Under the pieces are notes generated by a model. It was not told the origin of the DNA. It searched no databases and saw only the letters and a list, made by a program, of their open reading frames with translations. From Marsupella aquatica (lineage: Eukaryota; Plantae; Marchantiophyta): a stretch of DNA of 64,000 bases. Shown here one piece after another: positions 51,552 to 62,730 of this stretch. Location of the stretch: positions 31,813,112-31,877,111 of the forward strand of contig OZ316891.1 of NCBI GenBank assembly GCA_973895155.1. The letters are read 5' to 3'. A program made the position numbers and the translations under genes. Positions within the stretch are counted from its first letter, which is position 1; each line of letters starts with the position of its first letter.

Positions 51552-54341
51552 TCACATGTAAAGGTTCACGGCAAAGGAATATGCTGACTTGCCTGCTACG
51601 ATGTCTAGAACTGCCTCTAGAAATGGTACAGGAAAAGGGTCTTTTATAGTGGCCGCATTTAACTTTCTGAAATCAATACACACTCTTAGCTTCCCGTTTT
51701 TCTTTGGAACTACGACTATCGGAGATAACCATGTGTAACGATTAACGGGTTCCATAAATTTGGCGTCGAGGAGTCTCTGTATCTCCTCTTTTACCTTCTC
51801 TGCGTAGTTGGGGTTCATCCGATATCGTTGGGTCTGTATCGGAACCGATCCTGGTACGAGTTGGATTCGATGTACACCAATTGATTCTGGTACTCCTTTT
51901 AGCTCTGTGTAATCCCAGGCAAATACATCCCGAAAATCTGTAAGTAGTGCAATCAATTCCTGTTTATGCCCTGGGGAAAGGTGCTTCCCAATTTTCACTT
52001 CCCGTGGCCGTTCGGTATCACCCAAATCGATCCTCTGAATGTGTTCTTCTTCCGTGGCTCCCCACCCTACTACCTTCTCTGGTACGGTGCCGAGGGTGAT
52101 TTGCGCTGTTTCTTCCTTCAAAGGACATTCTTGAATCCCTTGTGGGTCTATATGTTTGAACAGGTCCTTCCTCAAATCATGGTTCATCTTCTCTCTGGTC
52201 ATCCCTTGTATCTCATCCAACTTGACGACTTCCACATCAGAAATCGGTACAAGGTCTGGGCGGCATTTCAGATAATTTTCTTCTTCATCCTCGTTCAACC
52301 CTTCCGCCCAATTCAGAGTGCAAACCCGGGCCTTTGGTGGTGTCCCATCTTTGATCGCCTTCGTCCTGATTTTGAAGGTCTCCCCCCTGTGTTCGATCTT
52401 GATGTAGTCCTTCTCTTCCCCCCAATGTTGTTTCACCTTGGCTTGTCTTAGCCAAGGTCGCCCCAACAACATCGGTTGCCCTCTGGTAGAGTCTGCTTCT
52501 CTCAAGACTACTACCCCTAAATTATACTTGATACCTGAAATCAGCATCGGTAAGTCTGGTACGTAACCCAGTGGATGACAGCTGCTCTGGTCGGCCATCA
52601 CCAGGTTAAATGGTGCAGGTAAAAGCTTAACCCTTCCCAACTGTCTATAAGTCTGCTTGCTCATGAGGTTAACGGCTGATCCTCCGTCTAGTAGTACGTT
52701 TTTAAGCTTGATGCCCCTCACGCTTATCTGGACTACGGCCCCCTTATCAATTAATGGAATCTTACCTGCCTGGTGCAGTGGTACCCCTGGAAGTGTGGTG
52801 GGGCTGATTCTGCCCACTAATTTCCTCATTACCGCTTCCTTGCACTGGGGTGCTAACTGGAACAATTCTTCAATGGTAAGGTCAACTCGTGTCTTTGAAA
52901 TGAGTTGCACCAGTTTATCCACTATTCGCTTGTTTGCTTCTGCTGGAGTAATAGGTGGTTCTTCCTCCCCTGGAAGCTGCCCCGTTTCTTGGTCAAAACC
53001 ACCCATTGTCACTCCTTGTCCCAGGATCTCTGCCTCGGGTTCTGCGTATGGCTCTGAATGCGTTAATCGTTCAGGTCGTGGCAGAATCTTGTCTTGTTGT
53101 TGGTGGCGAATCTCTTCCACCGTATCTCGTGTGGTGGCGTCCATCTGGCTCCAATTGAACCCGACTTTTGCTCCTGGTGGATTTACTGGATTTGAAACCT
53201 CCGGTTGCCCTTGAGATCTGGTCACCACATTCGTGGATACCTGCATAGTATTCACGGGTGTTGGGGCTTTCCCCGCTATTTTTTCTTTTTCCTTCATGTG
53301 CTTCATCCATAATTCACAATCGGGCCCCCTGATGTGACCGGTTAGTCGACAGTAATAGCAAATCGGTGGGTATTTAGTACCACCATCCTTATAGGGCCTT
53401 CGGTTTGCATTACGATCCGGATTGTAATATCCCTGACTACTTTCCATCCTATCCCCATCTTGTTTGCTTGTTCCTACCTGATTTACACCTAGGCTAGGTT
53501 TCTTTTTAAAAGGATTCTGGTTGCATTCCTGAGTAGTATGTCCAGGCCTCATATGTATTTCACAGAATTTTTGAGTACTAAGCTCGCTTCGCTCTCGGTT
53601 TTCCTTGACTTCTACTTTAGAAGGTTCTGTTTTCCGGTTAACCCTCTCTTCATCCTTACTGCTTTCGTTCTTTTCCTGGTTAAGCATCTGAGTAATGCCT
53701 TCTAGTCGTATTAATCTTTTCTCGTATTCGTCAGCATTAGAAGTGGGATTTTGTTCTACCACTGTGACTAGACTTCCCTTTACAGCCTTTCTCATCCAGC
53801 TAATTCGCTGCCCGTTGGACGGTTTGTTAGTTAATCGCCTCATTGTTACCTTTAACCGTCCAATATAGTTCTGTATTGGTTCTCCTTTCTTCTGAGTCAT
53901 GTTCTGCAGAATGCTATACAAATCGGATTCTTCCTTAGCCCTTCTGTAATGATCTAAGAATTCTTTTGAAAACTCAGGCCAAGTTTTGAAATGGTCAGCT
54001 GGGTATTGAGTGTACCATGCAAAAGCCTCTTTGTCCAGTGAGCTGGGAAACAGCTCTAATCGAGCTATGTCATTCTGTTCGTGGTTAGCTCTAAGCATTT
54101 CTTCAAAACGTGCTAAGTGGGTATTGGCATCTTCATCAGGTGCTCCCTTGAACATGGGTATTTTAACCCTTCTGGTAGGAGCCGATCTCGAACTACTGCC
54201 AGCTCCTTGGTGGGTTTTAAGTCTTTCCATGGCTTCTTCCAGGGTTTCTTCGACCTTATCTTGAGTTCTTGAAGTCTCGATTCGTTCTTCGACCTCAAGT
54301 CTGAGTCTGCCTTCTTGGAAAGGTTCAAACTCCTCTGCCAT
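51552..54341 (-). CDS. Gypsy gag-protease-RT polyprotein, truncated early in RT
   Basis: 929-aa uninterrupted ORF with FKGAPDEDANTHL, CYYCRLTGHIRGPDC, LLDGGSAVN, LLGRPWL, WLSPIVVVPKKNGKLRVCIDFRKLN. Breaks after YSF into AT-rich DNA. Confidence 0.9.
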   Translation of the reverse strand: MAEEFEPFQEGRLRLEVEERIETSRTQDKVEETLEEAMERLKTHQGAGSSSRSAPTRRVKIPMFKGAPDEDANTHLARFEEMLRANHEQNDIARLELFPSSLDKEAFAWYTQYPADHFKTWPEFSKEFLDHYRRAKEESDLYSILQNMTQKKGEPIQNYIGRLKVTMRRLTNKPSNGQRISWMRKAVKGSLVTVVEQNPTSNADEYEKRLIRLEGITQMLNQEKNESSKDEERVNRKTEPSKVEVKENRERSELSTQKFCEIHMRPGHTTQECNQNPFKKKPSLGVNQVGTSKQDGDRMESSQGYYNPDRNANRRPYKDGGTKYPPICYYCRLTGHIRGPDCELWMKHMKEKEKIAGKAPTPVNTMQVSTNVVTRSQGQPEVSNPVNPPGAKVGFNWSQMDATTRDTVEEIRHQQQDKILPRPERLTHSEPYAEPEAEILGQGVTMGGFDQETGQLPGEEEPPITPAEANKRIVDKLVQLISKTRVDLTIEELFQLAPQCKEAVMRKLVGRISPTTLPGVPLHQAGKIPLIDKGAVVQISVRGIKLKNVLLDGGSAVNLMSKQTYRQLGRVKLLPAPFNLVMADQSSCHPLGYVPDLPMLISGIKYNLGVVVLREADSTRGQPMLLGRPWLRQAKVKQHWGEEKDYIKIEHRGETFKIRTKAIKDGTPPKARVCTLNWAEGLNEDEEENYLKCRPDLVPISDVEVVKLDEIQGMTREKMNHDLRKDLFKHIDPQGIQECPLKEETAQITLGTVPEKVVGWGATEEEHIQRIDLGDTERPREVKIGKHLSPGHKQELIALLTDFRDVFAWDYTELKGVPESIGVHRIQLVPGSVPIQTQRYRMNPNYAEKVKEEIQRLLDAKFMEPVNRYTWLSPIVVVPKKNGKLRVCIDFRKLNAATIKDPFPVPFLEAVLDIVAGKSAYSFAVNLYM

Positions 54342-56496
54342 TTCTCCTTGGAGTCAGCGACGCCGGAGCTAAGTGTTGAGGTAGTCAAGTTCCGCGACTT
54401 GCTCCCCCCCTTTAAAAATGGTCACGTCCGCGTGACCTAAGTAAACGTTCGAGCACGCCTAGACCAACTTAGGTCTAGAATTATTTTTATAAGATAACCA
54501 TTGGTTTGCCCATTAGGCTGATGCAAACCAGGTTGGTGTGCGCATTCCAAACTTAGGAAATTCCAACCTATCCCACTTATCCAAGTAGGATGCCAGTCCA
54601 ATCGGGTAAGCTAACTCCAAACTCATTGGACCCCATGTTCTCCCCTTAGGGTACTCCCCTTTAGTTCAAACTAGCCTGCCCACAGATGTAAGGCGGGCAC
54701 CATCAACTTCCACTTGCAAAAAGCAAATCGGCCGCCCAACAACCTCTAGCTCCAATGCAATCCAACTTTACTCTCAAGAGGCCGAGAGGAGTGAAACTAG
54801 GATACAACTCACAAAGGTAGCTACAGCTGCCTGTACCAGTTCACAACGGCGGTAAACCGCTTCGCTTACGATAGCTTCCAAGGATCTCAGAGGCATTACT
54901 CAAATTTTCCTCCGGTTCCCAAGTACTCTCGGCTTGATCATAGCCAGCCCACTTAACCAAATACTCTAAGATTTGCCTTCCCAACTTGCGTTTGTAACGG
55001 TGGTCCAGAATTGCCTCCACCTCAAACTCCTCCGCGTCCTCCACCGGCATGGCGTCCGGACGCAAGACTTGATCCTGGTTGGGATCATCGTCTTTGACAA
55101 ACTTCTTGAGTCGGCTAACATGGTAGCTCTTGCCCACGCCCATTTCTCTGGGTGTCTCCAACACCACCGAAACCGGATTATCCTTGTGGGCCCACCGTAT
55201 GATACGATAGGGCCCCGCATATCTGGGAGCCAGCTTCCTACTTATGTTCCCATGGTATTGCTCAGGTCTCAACTGTAACCAGACGCTCTCCCCAATTTCA
55301 AAGCTTACCCGGCGTCGATGTTTATCCCCTTGTTCCTTGTACCGACTTTGGGCAAGGGTCATCCCCTTGGTAGCCGCTTCCACAACTAGGCGCCGCTCTC
55401 GAATAAAATTGTCCGCAGAAGGAACCTTGCTTTCTGTCCGCCAAGCTTCCGGATTTATGAACCAGGAGGGCACCCTCGGCGTCCTCCCGGTGGCCAATAC
55501 AAACGGCGCAAACCCCATCGCCGAATGCTTGGTCGAGTTATACCTAAACTCGGCCATTGTTAAGTGTTTTGCCCAATCCTTTTGATTGGCCATCACAAAG
55601 TGACGCAAGTAGTCCTCCATGATACCATTAACCCGTTCCGTTTGGCCATCTGTTTCATGATGATACGCTGATCCCCTTGTCAGGTCTGTTCTGGATAACC
55701 AGAACAATGCCTTCCAGAAATGACCTGTGAACTTGGTATCGCAGTCGGACAGGATATGCAACGGCAATCCCCATAGTCGGAAGACATTGTCAAATACTAG
55801 ACAGGCAACTTCCTTGGCTGACACCATTTTCGTAGTCGGCAAGAAATACGCCATCTTGGAAAAACAATCCACAATTGTTAAGATGGAGTTACTGCCGTGG
55901 GACTCAGGTAACCCAACAATGAAGTCCATGGAGATTGACTCCCATGGAGCCGCAGCGACTAGTAAGGGTTGCAGAAGTCCTCCTTTTGCCCTATAAACCG
56001 TTCGGTTTTCTGGCATGAGTAACAACTTTGCACGTGGTGAAGAACCGATTGCTTCATGTCCGGCCAATACACATCTCTAGACATGCTGTGATACGTAGCA
56101 GCTTGTCCGCCATGCCCTCCCCAGGGCGAGTCGTGGTACTTTTGCAGAACCTCTAACCTTAGAGACTCTGGGATGTACACACGCCTTTGTTTGTACCGCC
56201 ATAACTGGACATTATGCGTATCCAACCCCAAAAGATACGTGCCTCACCCTGCCTTGGCTACCCCCATTGCTTTGCCATTCCTTGGCTAACCTGTCATCCT
56301 CATACGCTTGGGCCAAAACCTTAGGCCACTCGGATTCAATCATTATGATCCCATTGACCCGATGATGGTCCTTACGCGATAACGCGTCAGCTGCCGTATT
56401 TGTCTTCCCTCGAACGTGGCGGACTTCAAAGTCAAAATCCGCCAAGAACATCTGCCAACGCATTTCCTTGGGGTTCAGTCTTGGCTTAGAACTGAA

Positions 56497-56854
56497 GGTG
56501 GAAAGCAAGATTGAGGGGTACCAAAAAGTGCAAAAAGGACTTGGATTTGCTCTCATAGTCCTCATTAAAAAAAGGAGGTTAGCAAGGAGTAAATTAAAGA
56601 TTGACACACTTCCTCAAAGGTTGGACACACTTCCTCAAAGTTGGACACACTTCCTAAAAGTTTGGTACACTTCCTCAAAGATGGGGCACACTTCCAAAGA
56701 TCTAGGTTAAATGATAGCCTTTGATGTGCCAAAATAAGATCACAACCCTTGAGTGTAACACCCCCCAATTTATTGCAAAATTCACTAGGACTCACTCCTT
56801 TTGGTGGAGACTTTGGAGATCCTTTTTATGTACCCCTCAATCATGCTTTCCACC
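56497..56854. mobile_element. 358-bp non-autonomous TIR element of the Sola-like family
   Basis: TIR GGTGGAAAGCAWGATTGAGGGGTAC, 4-bp TSD TGAA (56493-56496, 56855-56858). Removal restores the RNase H frame VGYFSSKPRLNPKEMRW. Confidence 0.92.
56600..56700 (+). repeat. 20-bp subterminal tandem repeat (TTGGACACACTTCCTCAAAG), about five copies
   Basis: Directly visible inside the 358-bp element. Confidence 0.85.
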
Positions 56855-58602
56855 TGAAGTACCCCACCGGCGAGCTATCTGTGTGGATTATCACCTTGGG
56901 ACCGTTCTTAAGGTAAATTTCCCACTTCTTCAATGCATAGATCACCGCATACATTTCCCTTTCCGGCGTGATCCAATGATTTTCCAACTTACATGACTCG
57001 AAGGCCACCGGGCGCCCATCTTGGTGAAGACAGGCGCCAATGGCGTAATCACTTGCGTCTGTCCAAATCTCGAACGGTTTCCCCATCTCAAGTAACTTTA
57101 GAACTGGCGGCGTTATCATTAGCCACTTAAGTTCTAGGAATGCTAACTCGCAATCCTGTGTCCACACAAACACTTTGTTTTTCAACGTTAGCGCATTTAG
57201 GGGCCTTGCGATCTCGCATAGTCTTTCATGTATCTCCGATAGAACCCGTAAAACCCAAGAAGGCCCTAACCTGCCTTACATTGGACGGGCGCTCCCATTC
57301 TTTGATGTCCTTAAGCTTGTCTTGACTAGGTGTAATCCCCTCCGGGGTAAAGGTATGGCCGAGGAACTGAATCTCATTCATCGCAAACTCGCACTTGCTA
57401 GGTTTAGCAAAGAGACGAGCCTTACAAAGGCGAGAGAACACTTCTCTGAGCAACTGCTCGTGTTCCTCCAATGTTGTCGAGTAGATTAGGATGTCGTCTA
57501 TAAAGACGACCACTCCTTGGTCTAACAAGTCATGAAAGATGGTATTCATCATCTTCATGAACGTTGCGATTGCATTACACAACCCGAACGGCATAACCAA
57601 AAATTTGTAGGATCCGAACCTTGTGCGCATTGCGGTCTTATACTTGGATCCCTTAGCCATGCGGATCTAGTAATAACCAGACCGCAAGTCTACCTTTGAA
57701 AACTTCTTAGCCCCGGAGAGGCAATCGAAGAGATCATCCATATGAGGTAACGGGTACTTGTTCTTTACCGTTTGCTTATTGAGGGCCGGTGGAAAGCATG
57801 ATTAAGGGGTACATAAAAATGATCTCCAAAGTCTCCACCAAAAGGAGTGAGTCCTAGTGAATTTTGCAATAAATTGGGGGGTGTTACACTCAAGGGCCAA
57901 GATGTAGAAGGGTCAAATCTAAGGCTGGATTTGAATATGAATGAAAGATGCATTAAGTATTCATTTGGACTGGTTGAAGTACAGTCTATGTGCCTAATTC
58001 CTATCTTGGACTTTAGCAAGGATGACGTTTAAATGTTCTCCTTGGATCCCGTGTCATTTAATGGAGCAAGTTGCGGCTCGTAGTGTGTTTGAATACAAGG
58101 ACTCAAAGTCGATGCTTTTGAAAATAAGGACTGAAGTGGGCAAGGACTCATAGTCGATGTTTGAAATTGATCAAGCGCGCGCGGATTTTGTTACTTAGAT
58201 TAGAAGCACAAGTTCTAGTCAGAATGGTCGTGGGACGGGCACGCACCAACAGTGAAGGGCTCCTATCTTGCGGATGGCTATGGTGGTCTCGGATTACTCA
58301 TCAAAGGATCTTTCATCTTGGATCTCGATCTTGGATCTCTCATCTCTCATCTCGGATCTCGGATCTCTCATCTCGGATTTACAGCAATGCATCTTGGAGA
58401 TTGAGGAGCACTATGATTGAAGCGTTGGTGGACCTCGGGCGATTGTTGAGCTTTGCCATGGTGCTCGCAGGATCAAATGGGTACGCAAGTTTAGAAGTAT
58501 TAGCCTAGTATCAAGTAGAATCTGAATGCTCCTGATGCTCCGCAACCCACTTTCAATACCTCCCAAGTTCTGTCTAGTACTTGATGCGATGCCTCACATT
58601 GG

Positions 58603-61600
58603 ATGGCTACTCTTCCTGAAGTCCACGATGCCCTAGCAAGAGAGAGATCAGAAAGGCGAAACCTTAGCAGACGCAAGTCCTATTGTAATAGGCAGCAACG
58701 GAACACCCATGGACAATCGATTGCACATGGTGGTAATAGTAACGATGTGGCTGGACAGGGATTGTTGGAAGATGCGCGAAACAAATGCCAGCAAATGATT
58801 TCATCTGCTGAGAATGAAGCGAGTAGAATTCGTGCGGAGGCTTCCCAAGAGGCTACCGACATCATAGTGAATGCAAGTACACAAGCTACTAGCATCCTAG
58901 AGTCTGCACATTTACAATGTGACAATTTGATACAAAGAAGACACATTCTCCGCAATCGCATAGGGCGTCAAGAAGCACGTCTTTGGTCCATACATCATGG
59001 GCAACTTCTTCGTGAGAGCATGCATGGCCAATCTTCAGAGCTGCACCGGGAGAGTTCAGCTTCGAGGCAAGCAAACTGTCAATCCTCTGCTTCAACAGAA
59101 TTTAGAGCACGAGATGCTCAAAGGAAGCGAGCAGCATACTGGGAGAAGAAGGGTAATACACGCACAGACGCCCGGCAATGTGAGTCTGCTGGTGATTTAG
59201 AAGACAAATTGAATTCCAATAGGGGAAGACGAAGTGTTCAATCTCAGGTGTCTATGGCGGTGACATCCATCTTGAGTAGATTGGACAAATTTAATTTGTC
59301 TGCAAGGAAGCTATTTTTCACTAAGTTTATGCTCCATCCTTCCTTGATGAAGTACCTCCCTGCAGTTTTTGGCACTCGTCGGAGAGATGTAGCGATACTT
59401 GCTGCAGTTGCTGACCTAAAGAATTGCTTGCAAAAAGTGAAGACTGCAAAGCGGAAAGACCATCTAGGTGCAAAGCAGATCTTGACAGTTGCATTGGCAG
59501 GCCAGGCGACAGTAGTGAATAGGTATCAAACTTTGGTGGCTGGGGCTTTGGGTATCAAATGGCAAATCATATATAAAGCTTCAAGAAGGAGGAAGACCAT
59601 AGATTCCGATTGTTCGATCAGGTTTCCAATGGGGGAAAGGAAAGTGAGAAGCGACAAAATTTCAGCTGAAGTCCGAACAATTGTGGAAAAGTTTTGGGAA
59701 TCAAATACTCGAATCTCTCCTTGCGCCAAGGACAAGGCTAGACTAAGATTGAGTAGAAATGTTTACGAGGAGCACCGGGTGCATTGGCTGGAGGATACCC
59801 AGGTTAGATTTTGTTAATTTATCATTATGAACATTTGACATTCAAATAGGGCTTACAATAGGGTACAGTCCGAGCTTTCATGTTCATCAGTAAGCGATTT
59901 GAACTCTATTGCATCTTTGTTTACAATGATTGAATATGTTTTGAAGCAAGGCTTGCATCTTTTTCAGGTGGAGTTTTTTCTGAAATTCCAGGAGTTTTGC
60001 GGCAGAGACGAGAATGGAGTTCATATAGGCTTCAGGTCTTTTCAGTATATGAAGCCTTACTACATTCATCCTATGAAAGACAGAAACATTTGTTGCTGTA
60101 AGCAGCATGTTGAAATGGACCTCTTGAAGGAGGCAGTCAACAAATTCAGGAAGCATCAACACAGTAAGCATTGCTCTTGTGACTGCACCATTTGCACATC
60201 AGTTGATGCTCCTTTGTAGAGTTGTGTAGCTTCTAGAACAACAATAACATCTGTACGGGGTTGGATAGAGGGAGCTCTTTGTTCGAGAGCTGAGGGAAAG
60301 CAGTGGCATGGAAAGAAATGTATCATGGGTTCCTGTGAGAATTGTGGTGTCAACAAGTTGGATTGGTGTACATCTGAGTTAAATCCAGTTGACAAGCAAT
60401 TTATTGAGTGGGAGACATTTCAGTATTTGGAGTTAGACGAGAAAGCCCAGCAAAAGAGAGAGAAGAAAAAAGGAACAGACGAGAGTGCTACAAAAAAGTC
60501 AAAACGATTGAGAATGGTGTTTAAGAGAACTTCAATGGGTGAATTCAAGAGTCAGGTTTTGAATACAATGAAGACATTCATTGTGCATAATTTCAGAGCA
60601 CGTTGGCAATCAGAACAATGCAAACTTTGTTTGAAAACTTTCCCTAGAGGAACTATAGTGTCATCTATTGATTTCTCTGAAAATTACACGTTCAAAATCC
60701 AAAATGAGATACAGAGTCAACACTGGGATAATAGACAGGTCACTTTGTTGATTCATGTCACTTATAGGCATAGAGAAGATTGTGTTGAATCTCTGGAGGC
60801 TGCTGTTGGAAGTACGGTTCGGATGGCATTGGATGAGGAGGGTGGTCGAGACATTATTGCAGATTATCATTTTTATATCAGTGATGACAATTGTCACAAC
60901 ACTCTCTTCGTCCAACATTGCATGGATGCTCATTACCAGTGGATGAGGGAGGAAGGAATTCAGTTTGAGCAGCATTGGGTCTGGTCAGATGGGGCTGCTT
61001 CACAGTTCAAGGCCTGTAGACCTTTTTATTATGTATCCAGATACTACAAAAGATTTGGTGCACGAATGAAGTGGTTTTTCCATGCTTCAGGGCACGGAAA
61101 AGGTGTCGCTGTAAGTTGCAATTTATTACTTTACATGTACATTCGCTCATTCTAGATTGTGTTTTAAGCTGAAGTTCCGTGTAGTAAATTTGTTGTTCTA
61201 TATTGATTCATCCAATTTTCATTTCCTGAGATGAGTACTATGGTGTGTGCTTTTAGGATGCCCTTGGAGGCCACATAAAGCAAGGGATTGAGAGAGAACA
61301 GCTGAAGGGAATCCATGGACATCGATTGGAGAATGCCCATGATGTGGTTTTGTTCTGCAAGGACAAATTTGCTATGGGCCAAGAAAAGGAGTATGGAGAC
61401 GTCCAGCTTGTTCGACGCCTGTTTTGGGAGATTCCAATGGGAGCTGTCAATCGCAAGAAGAAGTGGGACTGTGATCCTATCCCAGGTTCCCGATCCTTAC
61501 ACTGCTTTGATGGATTTAGTAACCGCCTATCAACTCTCCTTCAAGTCAGAGAACTTTGTTGTTTTTGTCCTCATTGCTTAGATGATGAACCTTTGCAATG

Positions 61601-62099
61601 TGAGAATATAAGTTGGACTGGACAGTTTAAGCTTGTCATGGTGAAAGGAGTCCTACCAAGTGATGTGAGAACTGATGTGGAAGAAATGGGAGTGGGGGAA
61701 GGACTATACCAATGGGAGGATGGGCTGCTGGCCGAATTGGTTCAACAGGGTGACTTCTTTGCAGTGAAGGCTGAGATAGGTAACAAGTGGAATGTTGACT
61801 TCTACATTCTTCAATGTGAGCAGACTTTGCACACCGTGAAGAAGAGTTTCAAGGACTCGTATGGAGAGGAATTTAACGAGGGTGATTTAGCTTTGAGGGC
61901 AGTGTGGTTTCAACAGGTCCCAGGGCGAGATAACAAATTTGTGGTGAACGATCTAGCTAGCATGAGCTACGCCCATGCTGAGACAGTAGTTCACCTTAGA
62001 TTTGGTCTCACTCCATGTGAGGCAGGAAAGGGACGATACAGAATGTACACCCTTGAGCCCGAGACTCTGACAGCAATACATGCATCCTTGGGTTCCTAG
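58603..62099 (+). pseudogene. Sola2-like DDD transposase, about 1,061 aa, one in-frame TAG
   Basis: Model join(58603..59802,59968..61110,61257..62099) with GT-AG introns. Splicing creates HGKGVA-DALGG. Other motifs: IDFSENY...EIQSQHW, WSDGAASQFK, CCCKQH, CFCPHC. Stop at 60217-60219. Confidence 0.8.
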
Positions 62100-62149
62100 C
62101 AAATGGAGGAGGATAATGAGGTGTGTTACTCACCATTTTTTCTCCATCA

Positions 62150-62730
62150 CCAGTCCTCTGTCCTCCGTTCAAAGTCCATTGTCTTTTGTCTTTAGTCCTC
62201 AGTTATCCGTTGTTGGTCCTCAGTCCTCAGTCACTAGTCCTCAGTTCCTCCATCCGGAGTCCTCAGTCCAAACGTCTAGAGTCCTCAGTCCTTTGGCTTC
62301 AGTCCTTAGTCTTTGCCATGAGTCCTTGTTTTTCCTAAGTCCTCAGTCCTTTTCCATAAGTCCTTGTCCTTTTCCCTGAGTCCTCCGTCCTTTTCCCTGA
62401 GTCCTCTGTCCTTTTCCCTGAGTCCTCAGTCCGCAGGCCTCAGTCCGCAGGCCTCAGTCCTCAGTCCTTCGCCCTCAGTCCTCAGTCCTTCGCCCTCAGT
62501 CCTCAGTCCTTCGCCCTCAGTCCTCAGTCCTTCGCCCTCAGTCCTCAGCCCTCAGTCCTCTGCCCCAAATCCTCAGTCCTTCATTCTGAGTCCGTAGTCC
62601 TTCTCCCCGAGCCTTCAGTCCTCCATCCACACTCCTCAGTCCTCTGCCCTGAGTCATCAGTCCTCCACCCTGATAGAGTCCTCAATCTGCCATCCCTACT
62701 CAATGAGTCCTCTGGCCCAAGTCCTCAATT
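62150..62730 (+). repeat. AGTCCTC-based 7-bp satellite with 21-bp higher-order units
   Basis: Dozens of (C)AGTCCT(C) units; CCTCAGTCCTCAGTCCTTCGC repeated four times near 62452-62535. Confidence 0.9.

Larger units (their letters stand above)
54403..57787 (-). mobile_element. pol: Chromovirus (Ty3/Gypsy) 3' half: RT-RH-INT-chromodomain and PPT, degenerate
   Basis: KNKYPLP, MPFGLCNA, FIDDILIYS, TDASDYAIGA, GGHGG...CYSCQ, ISMDFIVGLP, DGQTERVN, YAGPY; chromodomain FEVEAILDHR...YLVKWAGY...TWEPEENL. PPT AAAGGGGGGGAG near 54402-54413. Confidence 0.92.

Noticed and set aside
56600-56700. CRISPR-like array
   Set aside because: Head-to-tail repeats without spacers, eukaryotic context, no cas genes.
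62080-62597. Ser/Pro-rich ORFs
   Set aside because: Translations of the AGTCCTC satellite.
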